This document shows, piece after piece, positions 1 to 10,439 of a stretch of DNA of 64,000 bases. The stretch covers positions 62,001 to 126,000 of the forward strand of contig JBMGUZ010000005.1 in NCBI GenBank assembly GCA_051530055.1, read 5' to 3'. Position numbers and translations under genes: made by a program. Within the stretch, counting starts at the first letter, position 1. Every line of letters begins with the position of its first letter. Under the pieces are notes generated by a model. The model saw only the letters and a program-made list of their open reading frames with translations. It had not been told where the DNA came from and did no database searches. Source of the DNA: Neoechinorhynchus agilis. Its lineage: Eukaryota > Animalia > Acanthocephala.

Positions 1-1702
1 CATTAGCCATAGCAATAACCTGCATGAAATCGGACGGATCCCTGTGAGCCTCAAAACGAAGACAAAACTTCTCGATTAATCCGTGCTGATTTGTTGCAAC
101 CCACGAGAAGCAATTCGGTCGCTTTTCACGTGCTACGAACTTAACGCTCGAATCAATTGCATGATTGACTATGATTTGTCGATCATTTTCTTTTTTAAAA
201 ATAAGTCGGTATATCTTATCCTTGTCAGTACTCAATGTAACAATTCCACGTCCGCACTCTTTCCATTCTGCTTTGAGAGATCCATCGAATCTATATAATA
301 TGCTGCATTGGCTCTTAAAAAGTATGTCGTCGATATCATCGTCGGTAGATTTTGCAGGTTCATATAATGGCTTGAGATCGGAACTAGGCATAGAAAAGTC
401 TTTTTCTCTTTGCGAAATCGAGTTCGGTTGATTGGCTGATAATTTATTGCTCGCGAGGCACTTTTGCTTAATATCTTCTTCAACGGTGTCCTCATCAACA
501 GAGCTTGCTACCTGGTTTCCAGTAACCGAGCTAGAACTTGATTTAGTATCAAATTGCCTTTGAAAGGCATTGAACGGCGGCAATGAAATCGATTCTTCAG
601 CTAGAGATTCATGACTGAGCTCGGATTGATCATGATTCACGTCCGTGCGAAAATCCAATGAGCTACTTCTAATGGAAACTGGAGCAGATTTCAGATCGGT
701 CTTTTTGGGTTCTTGATCAATGATTGTGGGTTCAAAACATCTATGATTAGATTTCACAATGGGTTTTATCGTCACCTCCTCGGCGACTGAATTTTCTACA
801 CATGATATTTTATACACTTTAGACGAATTCTCCTCTGTTGCATTCGATTGCTCCGATGATACCAATTGTTCGTCACTTTCACGTTCAGGGATTCCATTGT
901 CATTATGATTTTCAATCAATAGATCCTCGGTTTCAGTTGAGACGTCATGTTTGATCATTTCCCAACCTCCACCGGCCTTAGGCTTAATTATATGTGCGAA
1001 CGGCATCGTTGCGTTGATTACTTCATTCGTAGAAGAGTATTGATTAAAACTCATTAACGGTTGATTATCCTGTGGATGCGATGGTGGAAGAAGACTATCA
1101 GGGACCAAAAAGGGCAAATCATTTTCCGTTGGTTGCAATGGTTGACAAAATGGCATCGTGGTTTGGTAGAAATAATTCGGTGGATTAGTCGCCATACAGA
1201 ATGGAGGAGGCGGATGTGCATTCGGTTGTTCGTACGTTGCTGGAATAGAAAGATTAGTCAATGCATAATCGATTTCTCGGACCTTCAACGTCATTTGATC
1301 GTAGATTGAATTTAAGTTCACTTTACGCTCATACGATTTCATTCGATCCATAAACGACGTATTTGCCATTGATTGCATAGCTCGCTGATTCGAGACCGAT
1401 TCAAACCGCATATCACTCAATAGAGTCGTTATTCGACGAACTGAATTTGTGAACGACGATATGGATGCTCCAATCTGATTGCCCAGTACGTCCGTGAATT
1501 GGTCCAATTTATAGTTGATATCGTCCATGAAGTAAGCCATCGATCGGTTGGACGTCTTATTGTAGGTGGTGTTAAAATAATCAACTTGCGGAACATCGCC
1601 ATCATCATCATCATCATTGCCGTGCCATGCTTCGGGCGCTTGGTTGGATCGCTGTTGGCTGTCCGGACCAAAATAATAAGTTTTGTGTTCATTGGAAGCC
1701 AT
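1..1702 (-). CDS. Protein with C-terminal divergent Ran-binding domain (RanBP1-like fold), RanBP2/Nup358-like; 3' end lies outside the window
   Basis: Hand translation of the minus strand is stop-free from ATG at 1702 to base 2 (567 codons). The ORF track omits it because no stop lies inside the window. The last ~110 aa (DDILFKSQCSILYRFDGSLKAEWKECGRGIVTL...RLIFKKE...IVNHAI...FSWV...KFCLRF) follow the RanBD pattern LF..RAKLYRFD..WKERG.G..RL.MR..NH..W..RF. The upstream part is Ser/Pro/acidic low complexity with poly-Asp at ~1600-1617. Confidence 0.8.
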   Translation of the reverse strand, partial: MASNEHKTYYFGPDSQQRSNQAPEAWHGNDDDDDGDVPQVDYFNTTYNKTSNRSMAYFMDDINYKLDQFTDVLGNQIGASISSFTNSVRRITTLLSDMRFESVSNQRAMQSMANTSFMDRMKSYERKVNLNSIYDQMTLKVREIDYALTNLSIPATYEQPNAHPPPPFCMATNPPNYFYQTTMPFCQPLQPTENDLPFLVPDSLLPPSHPQDNQPLMSFNQYSSTNEVINATMPFAHIIKPKAGGGWEMIKHDVSTETEDLLIENHNDNGIPERESDEQLVSSEQSNATEENSSKVYKISCVENSVAEEVTIKPIVKSNHRCFEPTIIDQEPKKTDLKSAPVSIRSSSLDFRTDVNHDQSELSHESLAEESISLPPFNAFQRQFDTKSSSSSVTGNQVASSVDEDTVEEDIKQKCLASNKLSANQPNSISQREKDFSMPSSDLKPLYEPAKSTDDDIDDILFKSQCSILYRFDGSLKAEWKECGRGIVTLSTDKDKIYRLIFKKENDRQIIVNHAIDSSVKFVAREKRPNCFSWVATNQHGLIEKFCLRFEAHRDPSDFMQVIAMAN

Positions 1703-1737
1703 CTGAAAAGTTGAGAAAATCTCATAAGAAAACTCAC
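1703..1737 (-). other. Candidate 35-nt intron directly upstream of the RanBD ORF ATG
   Basis: Minus strand reads GTGAGTTTTC...CAACTTTTCAG, followed immediately by ATG. A second TTTTCAG acceptor lies ~28 nt further upstream. Confidence 0.4.
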
Positions 1738-1889
1738 AATTGAGACCGACGGAAAGGCGCGGCATCTGAAAAGATCGGGCGCGTGCCTCGCTCATTCAAC
1801 GGACACATCTACCAAAAATGAAGATGCGCGCCGTCAGAAACGAGTGGACAGTGCGCGCGCACAAAGTCGAGTGGTGCTTCATCCGACGA

Positions 1890-2089
1890 TGACGTCACTC
1901 GGAAAAATACGTACTCATTTGTTAAACGGCGCCCACAATCAACGTTGGTTGGAAAGGTAATTAAGAAAACCAATTAATGGAAAACTAAGAAGTGAGCTAG
2001 AATGAAGAATTCTTAGAATTCCTGAAAATGCCGTTTTAGTTTAATGAACAAGAACCTGAGATATCCATTCTTAGCAGCCAGTGACGTCA
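1890..2089. promoter_or_regulatory. Two TGACGTCA (ATF/CREB-type) palindromes upstream of the RanBD gene
   Basis: TGACGTCA at 1890-1897 and 2082-2089. Their 12-nt contexts (GATGACGTCACT and AGTGACGTCATC) are reverse complements. Function is only inferred. Confidence 0.2.
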
Positions 2090-2619
2090 TCAGGAATCCC
2101 ACAATGGAAAAAGAGCACAGAATTCACGGAGTGCGCAATGAAACTTTTTTTCGAAGAAAGTCATTGGGTTACACAGAGGATCCATTTGTCCGTTTCATGA
2201 TCCGGGAAAGTTGCACCACTTTAATGCGTTGAGGTCCAGGTCGTTTGCCGGGGGGAGTTTTCTCGGAGCTCTCGGAAAGGTTCGTAGGAAATCGGGACGT
2301 TGTTCAGGTGGACGGCTTTGGAGTTAAAAATCGAGATTAGATATAACCCATAAATTCCAAATGGATTTAAAATCTTTAGTTTGTATGGCGAGTTGACCTA
2401 TTTCTTGAGTTTCTTCATAACGCCTTTAATGTTTAAGTTTTTAGTGAGTGTTTACGCAGGAATTTCTATTTTGGACGATTACCTCATCGAGGTTGTAAAA
2501 TTCTCTTATCTTACGTTTTCCAAAAAGTGGAACGAGAGTTTAAAATGAACTTAGTTTTCTGGCATCAAAGTTTAACCTTATTTGAGGTAGGTGATTATTT
2601 AAAAAATAAGCAACGATCA

Positions 2620-2915
2620 TAAACAAGCTCTTGCCGTGATGTGGCTTGAATTACACTATCGGCGTATAATGTGATTTCTTTGAATACTCCATAATTCTAC
2701 ACCATAAATTGTTTGGCCCAACAAATAGTATAGGTGAAAGACGAGTTCCCTGGGCACTCCAAGGACGGAAAATATTTAATTCTGTCAAGGTCATCTTAAG
2801 AATAGAAAAATTTGGATTTTAGAGTATTATTCAGGATATCTTTATATCAAAGTATATGTTAATATTATCAAGGGCTATTGAAATATCCAAAGCAATCAAG
2901 ATATTCATCGATTTG
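2620..2915 (-). mobile_element. Decayed LINE reverse-transcriptase fragment
   Basis: Minus strand gives KSMNILIALDISIALDN, then GVP(frameshift)QGTRLSPILF and LYADS (degenerate YADD). It is homologous to KSMNILISFDISKAFDN at 55.9 kb. Confidence 0.6.
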
Positions 2916-3125
2916 GTGCCGACTGAATTTCCAGGGAGACGAACATCTCTTGGGGAAGAAATATTCTTACTTTTTTTGTCTAACTTAGAAGATTCGCTTA
3001 GATATGTTGATACCCGACCATTTCTGAACGGGAGATGAAACCAACACGAGCGGATGCTTCCTTGGTATATGCTTATTTTTAGATTTTTAATCTAGGATGA
3101 TATCAGACACTCTTGAATTAATACG

Positions 3126-3614
3126 GCAAGGTTTACGCGCTTAACAATCAAGCTTTTCTTACAATTTCTAGAATGTCCACTACAAACGAAGCGTTTATAA
3201 CCCACCGGCCGCTTGTCGCCAGGGTAGAAAACGCTTTGGGGAACTCTTTGTATGAAATACGAAGCGAAGGAAGTTATCCGTTTCTTATCGAAGTCTAATT
3301 GATATCGTGCCCTACTCTAAACCAGTATGACCAGAAATTAGATGGAACAGCGTCTTCGATTTCCTTTACCCTCGCAAGGTTTACGCGGTTAAAAATCAAG
3401 CTTTTCTTACAATCTCTAGAATGTCCACTACAAACGAAGCGTTTATAAACCACCGGCCGCTTGTCGCCAGGGTAGAAAACGCTTTGGGGAACCCTTTGTA
3501 TGGAATACCAAGCGAAGGAAGTTATCCGTTTCTTATCGAAGTCTAATTGGAATCGTGCCCTACTCTAAACCAGTATGACCAGAAATTAGATGGAACAGCG
3601 TCTTCGATTTCTTT
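3126..3614 (+). repeat. Two-unit direct tandem duplication, 248-bp period
   Basis: GCAAGGTTTACGCG starts at 3126 and again at 3374. The units are near-identical through ATGGAACAGCGTCTTCGATTTC. Confidence 0.9.
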
Positions 3615-3960
3615 TGCTCTCATCATTTGCCTTTTTGTGTAAGTTTAGGTCACAATCTGACGACTGGGTTAAAAAGATGGATGTTTAACGAAGTGATCTT
3701 GAACGGCTTACCTAAAGTTGGTTGTGCTCGAAGTTCCATATAATCAAATCATCGTCCGTGCGAAGATAAACCACTGATTGGGTTTATACCAAAGGCTTGA
3801 GCCATCACGCTCTCGGCCTGAGGCACAGATCCAAATAAGTCGTCGAATTATACTAGGAGAAAGTGGGGTATTGAGATGAAATAATCTCGATCGAGTCATT
3901 AAACCTGATTACTCCTTTCAAACACTTTAGTGAAGGATCATTAAAGTAAACGAAGACGAA
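3590..3960 (+). mobile_element. Decayed 3' end of a LINE ORF2
   Basis: Inverted homologue of 55200-55640, whose translation (LNVLPKSWWCSKF) shares LPKSW with the 3' end of the LINE at ~10.28 kb. It is contiguous with LINE RT at 55.7-56.0 kb. Confidence 0.4.
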
Positions 3961-4019
3961 ATTTACTCTTAATCGTTTGTGGTATATGAACTTTATGAGG
4001 CCGGATCACAGAATAGCCA

Positions 4020-4980
4020 ACTATCAATGCAACCGCCATAAAATTCTGATAACTCGAAGGCTCAGTTCTCAAAGAAAATCTCGATTAAAAACAAGCCGCG
4101 AACTGCGTTCATGCCGCCTACAATCGACGCTATTGACGCAGACACCTTGAACGCGCTCAACCTGAGAAGACCTACGCTGCCGAGCTCCCATGCGTCTACT
4201 GGTGTGTGTCCGGTTTGCAATAAGTCTTTATATTAACCAATTTCAGGGTTTTGTTTGCCCATGGTCCCCGGGATTTCCGCTGTAACGAGTCTGGTTCTCC
4301 ACCACAATCAACCGATCTGTTTATGCCTGGGACTTCTCAGATCACTACTGACTATTTCGATACCTGATATCGTGCGGATTCTGCCCAAGAACGTCCTGAA
4401 ACGGATCCCACGGGGCGCACGACATAAGGTCGCCAAAACATTTACGGGATTGCTCAACGATTGCCTCCAAAAGCACTGCATGCCATCATAGACACGGTTC
4501 TTCGCTTTCCTGCGCTTAGTCCTTTGCACCAGTGATAATTCTGGGGTGTCCTTGACATCAATAAGTAAAGAAAGGGTGGCCTCTTTCGAACAGATATTTC
4601 ACAATTTCGAAATGAAATTTCGCGAGCCTCGTGCGATCCCTGACTGAACGTGTTTCTTCGAAGCATGCGGACGAAGATGTTCGGGGGGCTGTTCGGTTAT
4701 TGTCATCCTCCGACAGTTTTGCACAACGAGACAACGCGACACTACAAATACTCCGGTCAAAACACCCATGCAGTAGTGACAGTTTTGAAATTCCACCTCC
4801 GCCCATACAAAACAGGACAAACACTCAAATTTTAGAGTTAAAAAAGGCCATCTCATCTTTTGCAAATGGTTCGAGACACTGGTGAAGCAGCTCTCTCTAG
4901 AAAGAGCACTTTCTCGGTTAGTCGACCGCCTGACTGGAGAGGACCTAAATCCCGCTGCAAAAGACCTATTGTTCGGAGCG
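4020..4980 (+). mobile_element. CRE-clade non-LTR retrotransposon, 5' part (family 1), 3'-truncated
   Basis: Contains GVCPVC, VLKRIPRGARHKVA, DVRGAVRLLSSSDSF...LRSKHP, KAISSFANGS and LSRLVDRL...LLFGA, with frameshifts and stops. It is an inverted homologue of 53480-54690. Confidence 0.75.
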
Positions 4981-5341
4981 GTAGGAACTATCCACTCGGG
5001 AACGGTTCGTTCGGGTGAGGATGCGCCCGTTCGATTGAGAATATCCGGTTGGGTTGAAGGGCCCGTGTCGCTCGAAGAGTTGTCTCCTGTTTTTTCGTCT
5101 GCGTTGTTGAAGATCGCTTATTTGTTCACAATCGTAATGGTTTATAATGACACTCGTATTTTTTCCGGCGATTCGGAACAAATGGAGCGAACGCACTTCA
5201 TAACGGACATTGAAGACGATTTATATGGTGAAAGGATATCTCTAAGAAAACGGCAAGCTCATGTTAGTAGAAGTCGTTTTTAAAGCCCTAAAGTAATTAG
5301 GAGAGATGAAAGGAATGCAAGTTTTTAGCTTTCAGGGTTTT

Positions 5342-5417
5342 TAAATAAAGGATTTTTTATTTTACAATGAAGAGTGCAGAGCAATCCTCGCGCTTGACAG
5401 GCAGAAAATCGCTTCAG
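5342..5417 (+). repeat. 76-bp dispersed repeat, inverted partner of 13178-13253
   Basis: 69 of 76 bases match the reverse complement of 13178-13253, with no gaps. Confidence 0.85.
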
Positions 5418-6455
5418 CTAAAAAATCTTAATGAGTGCAATACTTATTTTTATTTAATCCGAGAAATCTGGAAATTGATCGCCAAGGCGCTTTTAACGCA
5501 TCGACGATTTTATTTCAGATTTTTAAATATTTTTTGCACGTAATCTCGTATTAAATTTGGGGATCCGTTCACGTTTTCGGGCGGGATTTTTTGCAACGAC
5601 CACACAAAAACAAAAGTTTTCTAAGCTTTAGTCTAATGCTTGGAGAAAATACTTATTGCCACTAAATGAGTATCAGAGAAATGTCGCATTTGATCGCTAA
5701 TGCGGTGTTCTAAAAAAATGTGGACATTCTACCATTTGACGGAGTACACCGAGTATTGCGAGTGTTTAAAGACGTGATTTCAGGTTAATGAGGTTCAGTA
5801 AGTTCATTCCTTTTTGTCTGAGTACCTTCGCTATCTCAGGCCACGTAACAGTTCTGTCGCTATCTCAGACCACGATGGATTGGAGGTAAATGTAATCAGT
5901 CAGGAAATCCATAATGTCTAATATAAGTCATAGGATATTGACCTCACTGATTTCCCAATGTCGTCTACGTTTCCATCATTCGCCACAGCGTTCATGTAAG
6001 CATGAGCTGAGACTTTAAGACGATGCCACGTTAAACATCAACAGATTCAATAAACTTGTTGATATCTGAAATAAAATTTTCATTATTTAGGGCACCCCAA
6101 GGGGCTTGATCCTATTAAAAACAATATTTATACTCACTTGAAATCCAATTTTGTTTGCGTAAATACAATTCTCGTTTAAAGTATGAAGATTTTGGGGAGG
6201 AAATGAAATCCAAGGATCGTGTAAGCGTGACAATGGTCTGATTTAAAGTAAAAAATACTTGAAGGATCCACTGATACTTGTGTAAGTATTTTTCATTATT
6301 ATTTATGAGTTTTGTTCATCTTCAATGAGTCTTAAAAGGGATGGAGCATGGGTACCAAGCTTAAAAGCTAATCAATAAATGGCTCTTCAAACACATCAAA
6401 TACGTTTTTTAAACTGAAAACAAAAACGAAAAACAACGGTGTGTCCATTGAATGC

Positions 6456-6728
6456 TCACAAATGTTTGAGATACGGTTTTAGGTTATCGTAGTTTTCATT
6501 CTGACAACCACCATCGTTATTATGCCGGATTTTGCATTCGTATTCCACTTGGTTTGGAATGCTTAAGCTTGATAGCCACGCGTCAGTGTTATCGTAAGAG
6601 TTCAATGTGCTCATTCCAGCACTATTTATGTTGATATCTCCAATCAAAATGCCAAGTCGATCAAAATCAGAGGATCCACGTATGCTGTGAAGTAGCCTGA
6701 GACGCTTGAATCGAGTAACGCACTGTTG
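6456..6728 (-). other. Possible terminal exon of an unidentified gene
   Basis: A pyrimidine-rich acceptor (TTTTTCCTTTATGTCGCAACAG) is followed by ~90 open codons (CVTRFKRLRLLH...KPYLKHL*). No family recognised. Confidence 0.2.
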
Positions 6729-6989
6729 CGACATAAAGGAAAAATGCAATCGCAATCGAGCTGATACTAACAACGAATAACTCTTATAAATAGCATTTTT
6801 CTAGATGCAGTGAAAAGTCGATTATCCGACCGTCGATTTTCTCGGTAAAACATGAAATATTGCATTGTCTTAGGAAAGGATAATGTAGAATATCTGTTGC
6901 ACAGCTCTATATTTTTGGAAATTCAAAAATTTCCGACGATTGGAGATCTAGTAGCGCAAAAATAAAGGGATTCAATGATAGAAAGACAA

Positions 6990-7265
6990 ATAAATGGTGA
7001 GACGTATGGAGCGCTCGGCAGCTCGGCACTCTCTCTGCTCAAGGATCTCTCGAAGAAATTGAGAGAGGCAACCGGAGACTCAAGAGCAGGCTTATTTCTT
7101 CGACAAAATATCTCGCTGGCAGTACAACGGGGCAATGCTGCCAGCGTGATGGCGACGGTCGAGGAAGGACAAAAGCTGGAATTTGGTGGGAGGTGGTGAA
7201 TGTAAAGAAAAGTAACCCAATTAGTAAATGGCGTAAAAAATAAACACGAGGAAATAAAAAAAAAA
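6990..7265 (+). mobile_element. CRE-clade element 3' end (RLE C-terminus and A-rich tail)
   Basis: GETYGALGSSALSLLKDLSKKLREATGDSRAGLFLRQNISLAVQRGNAASV, followed by AATGTAAAGAAAA and an AATAAA plus A-run. The same AATGTAAAGAAAA follows the CRE stop at 25.3 kb. Confidence 0.8.
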
Positions 7266-7581
7266 TTAACCCCTAATTTTACCTTTAAGACATCTTCAAG
7301 CCGCATATTAGGAACTTTGATATCTTTAGTCTTGCTTAAAAACGGTATACATCACATTGTGTTTTCGGTTATCCGAAACTGATCCCGTATCCGAATGGTG
7401 TTAGAGTGAAGGGTGTGAATCATAGAATTGAACAATTTGATAAAATTAAAGATATTATAATTACGTTTATCCCAGACGGGAGGACAGAAGAGTGGTCAGA
7501 GTTTGCTGGGGGGGGTATTCGTATTATGTTTCGAAACCCGCACAGCAACGTGATCAATAACCGCGGCTATTTTGTAGACTA

Positions 7582-10418
7582 ATGAGTTCGATCGGGTTGT
7601 CCAAAAAAATGCGCACCAACGTTTTGGCGGAGGGTGGCAAACGGCCACCCAATTCCTTGACGATCACTGTGCCTCCGGATCTTCGGAGACAAATCACCAA
7701 CGTCTCCAGCGCTCTCCCGTCAACGGGCGTCGATGAATCAGTTATCTCCGATTCTCCCGATAATTGCGGAGGGTCGGTACCAATCGAACATCGAGAGCAA
7801 ATGCTCTCCCATCTCAAAGCAAAAACATCTTCGTCAAATGTCTTCTCAAACATTATCAAGCTCTTCCTACCAAAAGATGGCCTTTTGTGGTCACTGTCAA
7901 ATCTAACCCCATTCTTCCAAAACAAGTCATGTTCGACAAGCTTTTTTACTCCTTGGGCTCACACATTCAATAACGATGGCATAAAACGAGTTGATAAACT
8001 ATCTTATTTCGCCGGCACCATGAGGATTTATGTTTCCAAATATGAATGGATGTCCAATCTGGTTAAATTCGCCAATTCCAATCTTCCTAATAATCTCTAC
8101 ACGGTCTCTGCAACCTCGCAAAAGGTTCAATTTCTTGTTCATGGACTCCAACCGGACATATGAAAGGAGGATAGGGATCTTTTCGAGTCTTCATTTGGCT
8201 GCACAATTAAATACTTCATCAAATCAAGAAAATCTGGACTTCCAATTTCTATTGCAGCCGTTGAGGGTATGAGACATTTGCATGATGACCTCTGCACCAG
8301 CAGACCTCAAGCCTTCAACTGCTTCTCGATCCATTTTACTTTGAAATACTTCAGTGAGCAAGATGATTATGTTTTTCCCCGCTGCAATATATGCCAGCAA
8401 TGGGGTCACTGGTGTCAAAACTGCAAAAATCAGAAGGATGCTAAATGTTGCCACTGCTCCTGCGCCGATCATACCTCAGATCGCTGCCCGACCCACTTAA
8501 GAGGCATTGCGCAAATTGTCAAGGACCTCATGCTGCTTTCTTCAAAGGCTGCCCAGAGTTTAAGCGATACTGGGCGTGGTTCAAAAATAGGGGGAATATT
8601 CCCTCTATTTCGCCGGCCCGAGGCTCCCCAAGCTCGGCTTCAGCTTCGTCTGCTCAGGTCACTTCTTCAGTCAATAACCCAACCTTCACGAATGCGAACT
8701 CGACTCCTGTCTCTTCTAACAATCAACTGGTCAACATGGAGCTGCTGGAGTGTCGCCTCGAAGAGGTATGTAACAACATGTTCACTACAATGCAAGCCCG
8801 AATCACCGAGGCTTTGATCACTTTCGAAAGGAAAGTCAGTGTATCGTTAACACGTTTATCGGAACTTCCTATTACGCTCTCCTCGTTTCTCAAACATCCA
8901 AGCTCTTCCGTTCTCAAAAGACCCATTTCTACTCAAAACGGCGAATATAACCTCGTTGACGACTGCGTAGATAGGGATTCGGAATTCGTAAATCAAATCA
9001 TTAAGGAGCAATCTGAACTAATCAATAACGGAGTTGCGGACCTTATTCCCCGTAGCAGGCCCGATCCGCAGAAAATCCAAAAAGCTCAGGTAATGGTAGA
9101 GAACTTGCGCCTGTTGCAGTGGAACTGTGGGGGGCGGCCAATCTTCCGAAAATTAATAGTCTCATATCGGGAGCTTCCATCTTACTTTTACAAGAAAGCA
9201 AGAGTATTTTTAATACCTCTCAACTTTTTAATCTCCGACCGCAGCTTGATTCTCCTGAATACAATTCCATTATCTCTGATCCATTCGAACATTCGTCTCA
9301 AGGGCTAATTTCTGTCTTCAAATCCTCTCTCAATCCCTCCTTATCATCTTCCTTCACGACAAATGAGCTATCCTACTCTATCTTTAAATTTTATTTCACT
9401 CGCCGGCCTTTCACTATTGTCAATCTGTACATACGACCCGGTTTTATTCATCGTCCGGCCGTTAAGAATGTCATTAAATGCTTTCTTCGTGCCAATATTG
9501 ACTTCATTTTTGGTGATTTTAACGATCCCTCAATGAAATGGTCCAAAGCCATAGTTAACTCCGCTAAACCTCAATACGAACTCTCCGCTCCTCTCACCCC
9601 ATCCTTTCATATTCTAACTAAAAATAACACGCATTCCTTCCTGGATCTTATCATTCACAGGAAATGCTTAAATCTGCTAGTTCAAGTAGATCGTCAATTG
9701 TCTCGCTTCCACCTAACGGGTCATGATGCTCCAATAATACACTCAGGAGAGTCCTTCATTTGCCTCCCCTGAACATCGCTTTTTTCAGAGCGATTAGCTA
9801 TTCACTTCTATCTTGTTCGGTTTTAACTAATTCTCTAAATTATTCCCTACCTCAAATTAACAGTTTTATCAATACCACCCCTAATCTGTTCCTCTATCAA
9901 CCACAAAGAACTTTTTCTAGACCTTATGAAAGAAGATCCTTCCGTTTTATTGGGCGTCAATTATATCAAGCCAAAATTCGTGGAGATACTCTTCTTGTCA
10001 AAGTGCTCTCTAGTCATTACTGAACTGCTCGATGTCGACAACAATTGGTTTCCGACCGCGCTACCCTAAAATCCTTACAACCATTCTCATCGTCCTGATG
10101 GAATATGGTCTCTGGGAAGAAGAGGTTTATCAGTTGGAGGTCGAAACTCACCTCATGGTTAAAAGCATCCTCTATGGAAGTCGTGGGCCATTTCCAGCCT
10201 AGTGTTTTTCTCAAGAGGTCGCCCTCCCGAACACAAGCCACTCTTCATTCAAGAGTTCTTCAGGCACATTGATTTGCTACCAAAATCCTGGGCTGGGTTC
10301 CTGAAGGATCTTTGCCTGCAACGGTGCAATCGTTGGACATCTTACTCACATTCCTAATTTATACTCATTGTCCATCGCACTGACTTATACTTGACTTATA
10401 CCCGATATGCTGAATAAA
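7582..10418 (+). mobile_element. APE-type LINE (I/Jockey-like) with gag-like ORF1 and endonuclease; RT internally deleted
   Basis: ORF1 has zinc knuckles CNICQQWGHWCQNC, CCHCSCADHTSDRC and CANCQGPHAAFFKGC. APE motifs are LLQWN, LLLQES, IVNLY, FGDFN and LDL. There is a stop at 8161 and frameshifts near 8.5, 9.13 and 9.77 kb. No QG or YADD motif occurs before GCTGAATAAA at ~10409-10418. Confidence 0.85.
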
Positions 10419-10439
10419 TTCTCTTTTAGTTTTTAGGGT

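Noticed and set aside
6456-6773. This frame as the missing NYN domain of MARF1
   Set aside because: ILIGDIN only loosely recalls a NYN or APE motif, it is on the opposite strand to MARF1, and no other NYN motif is present.
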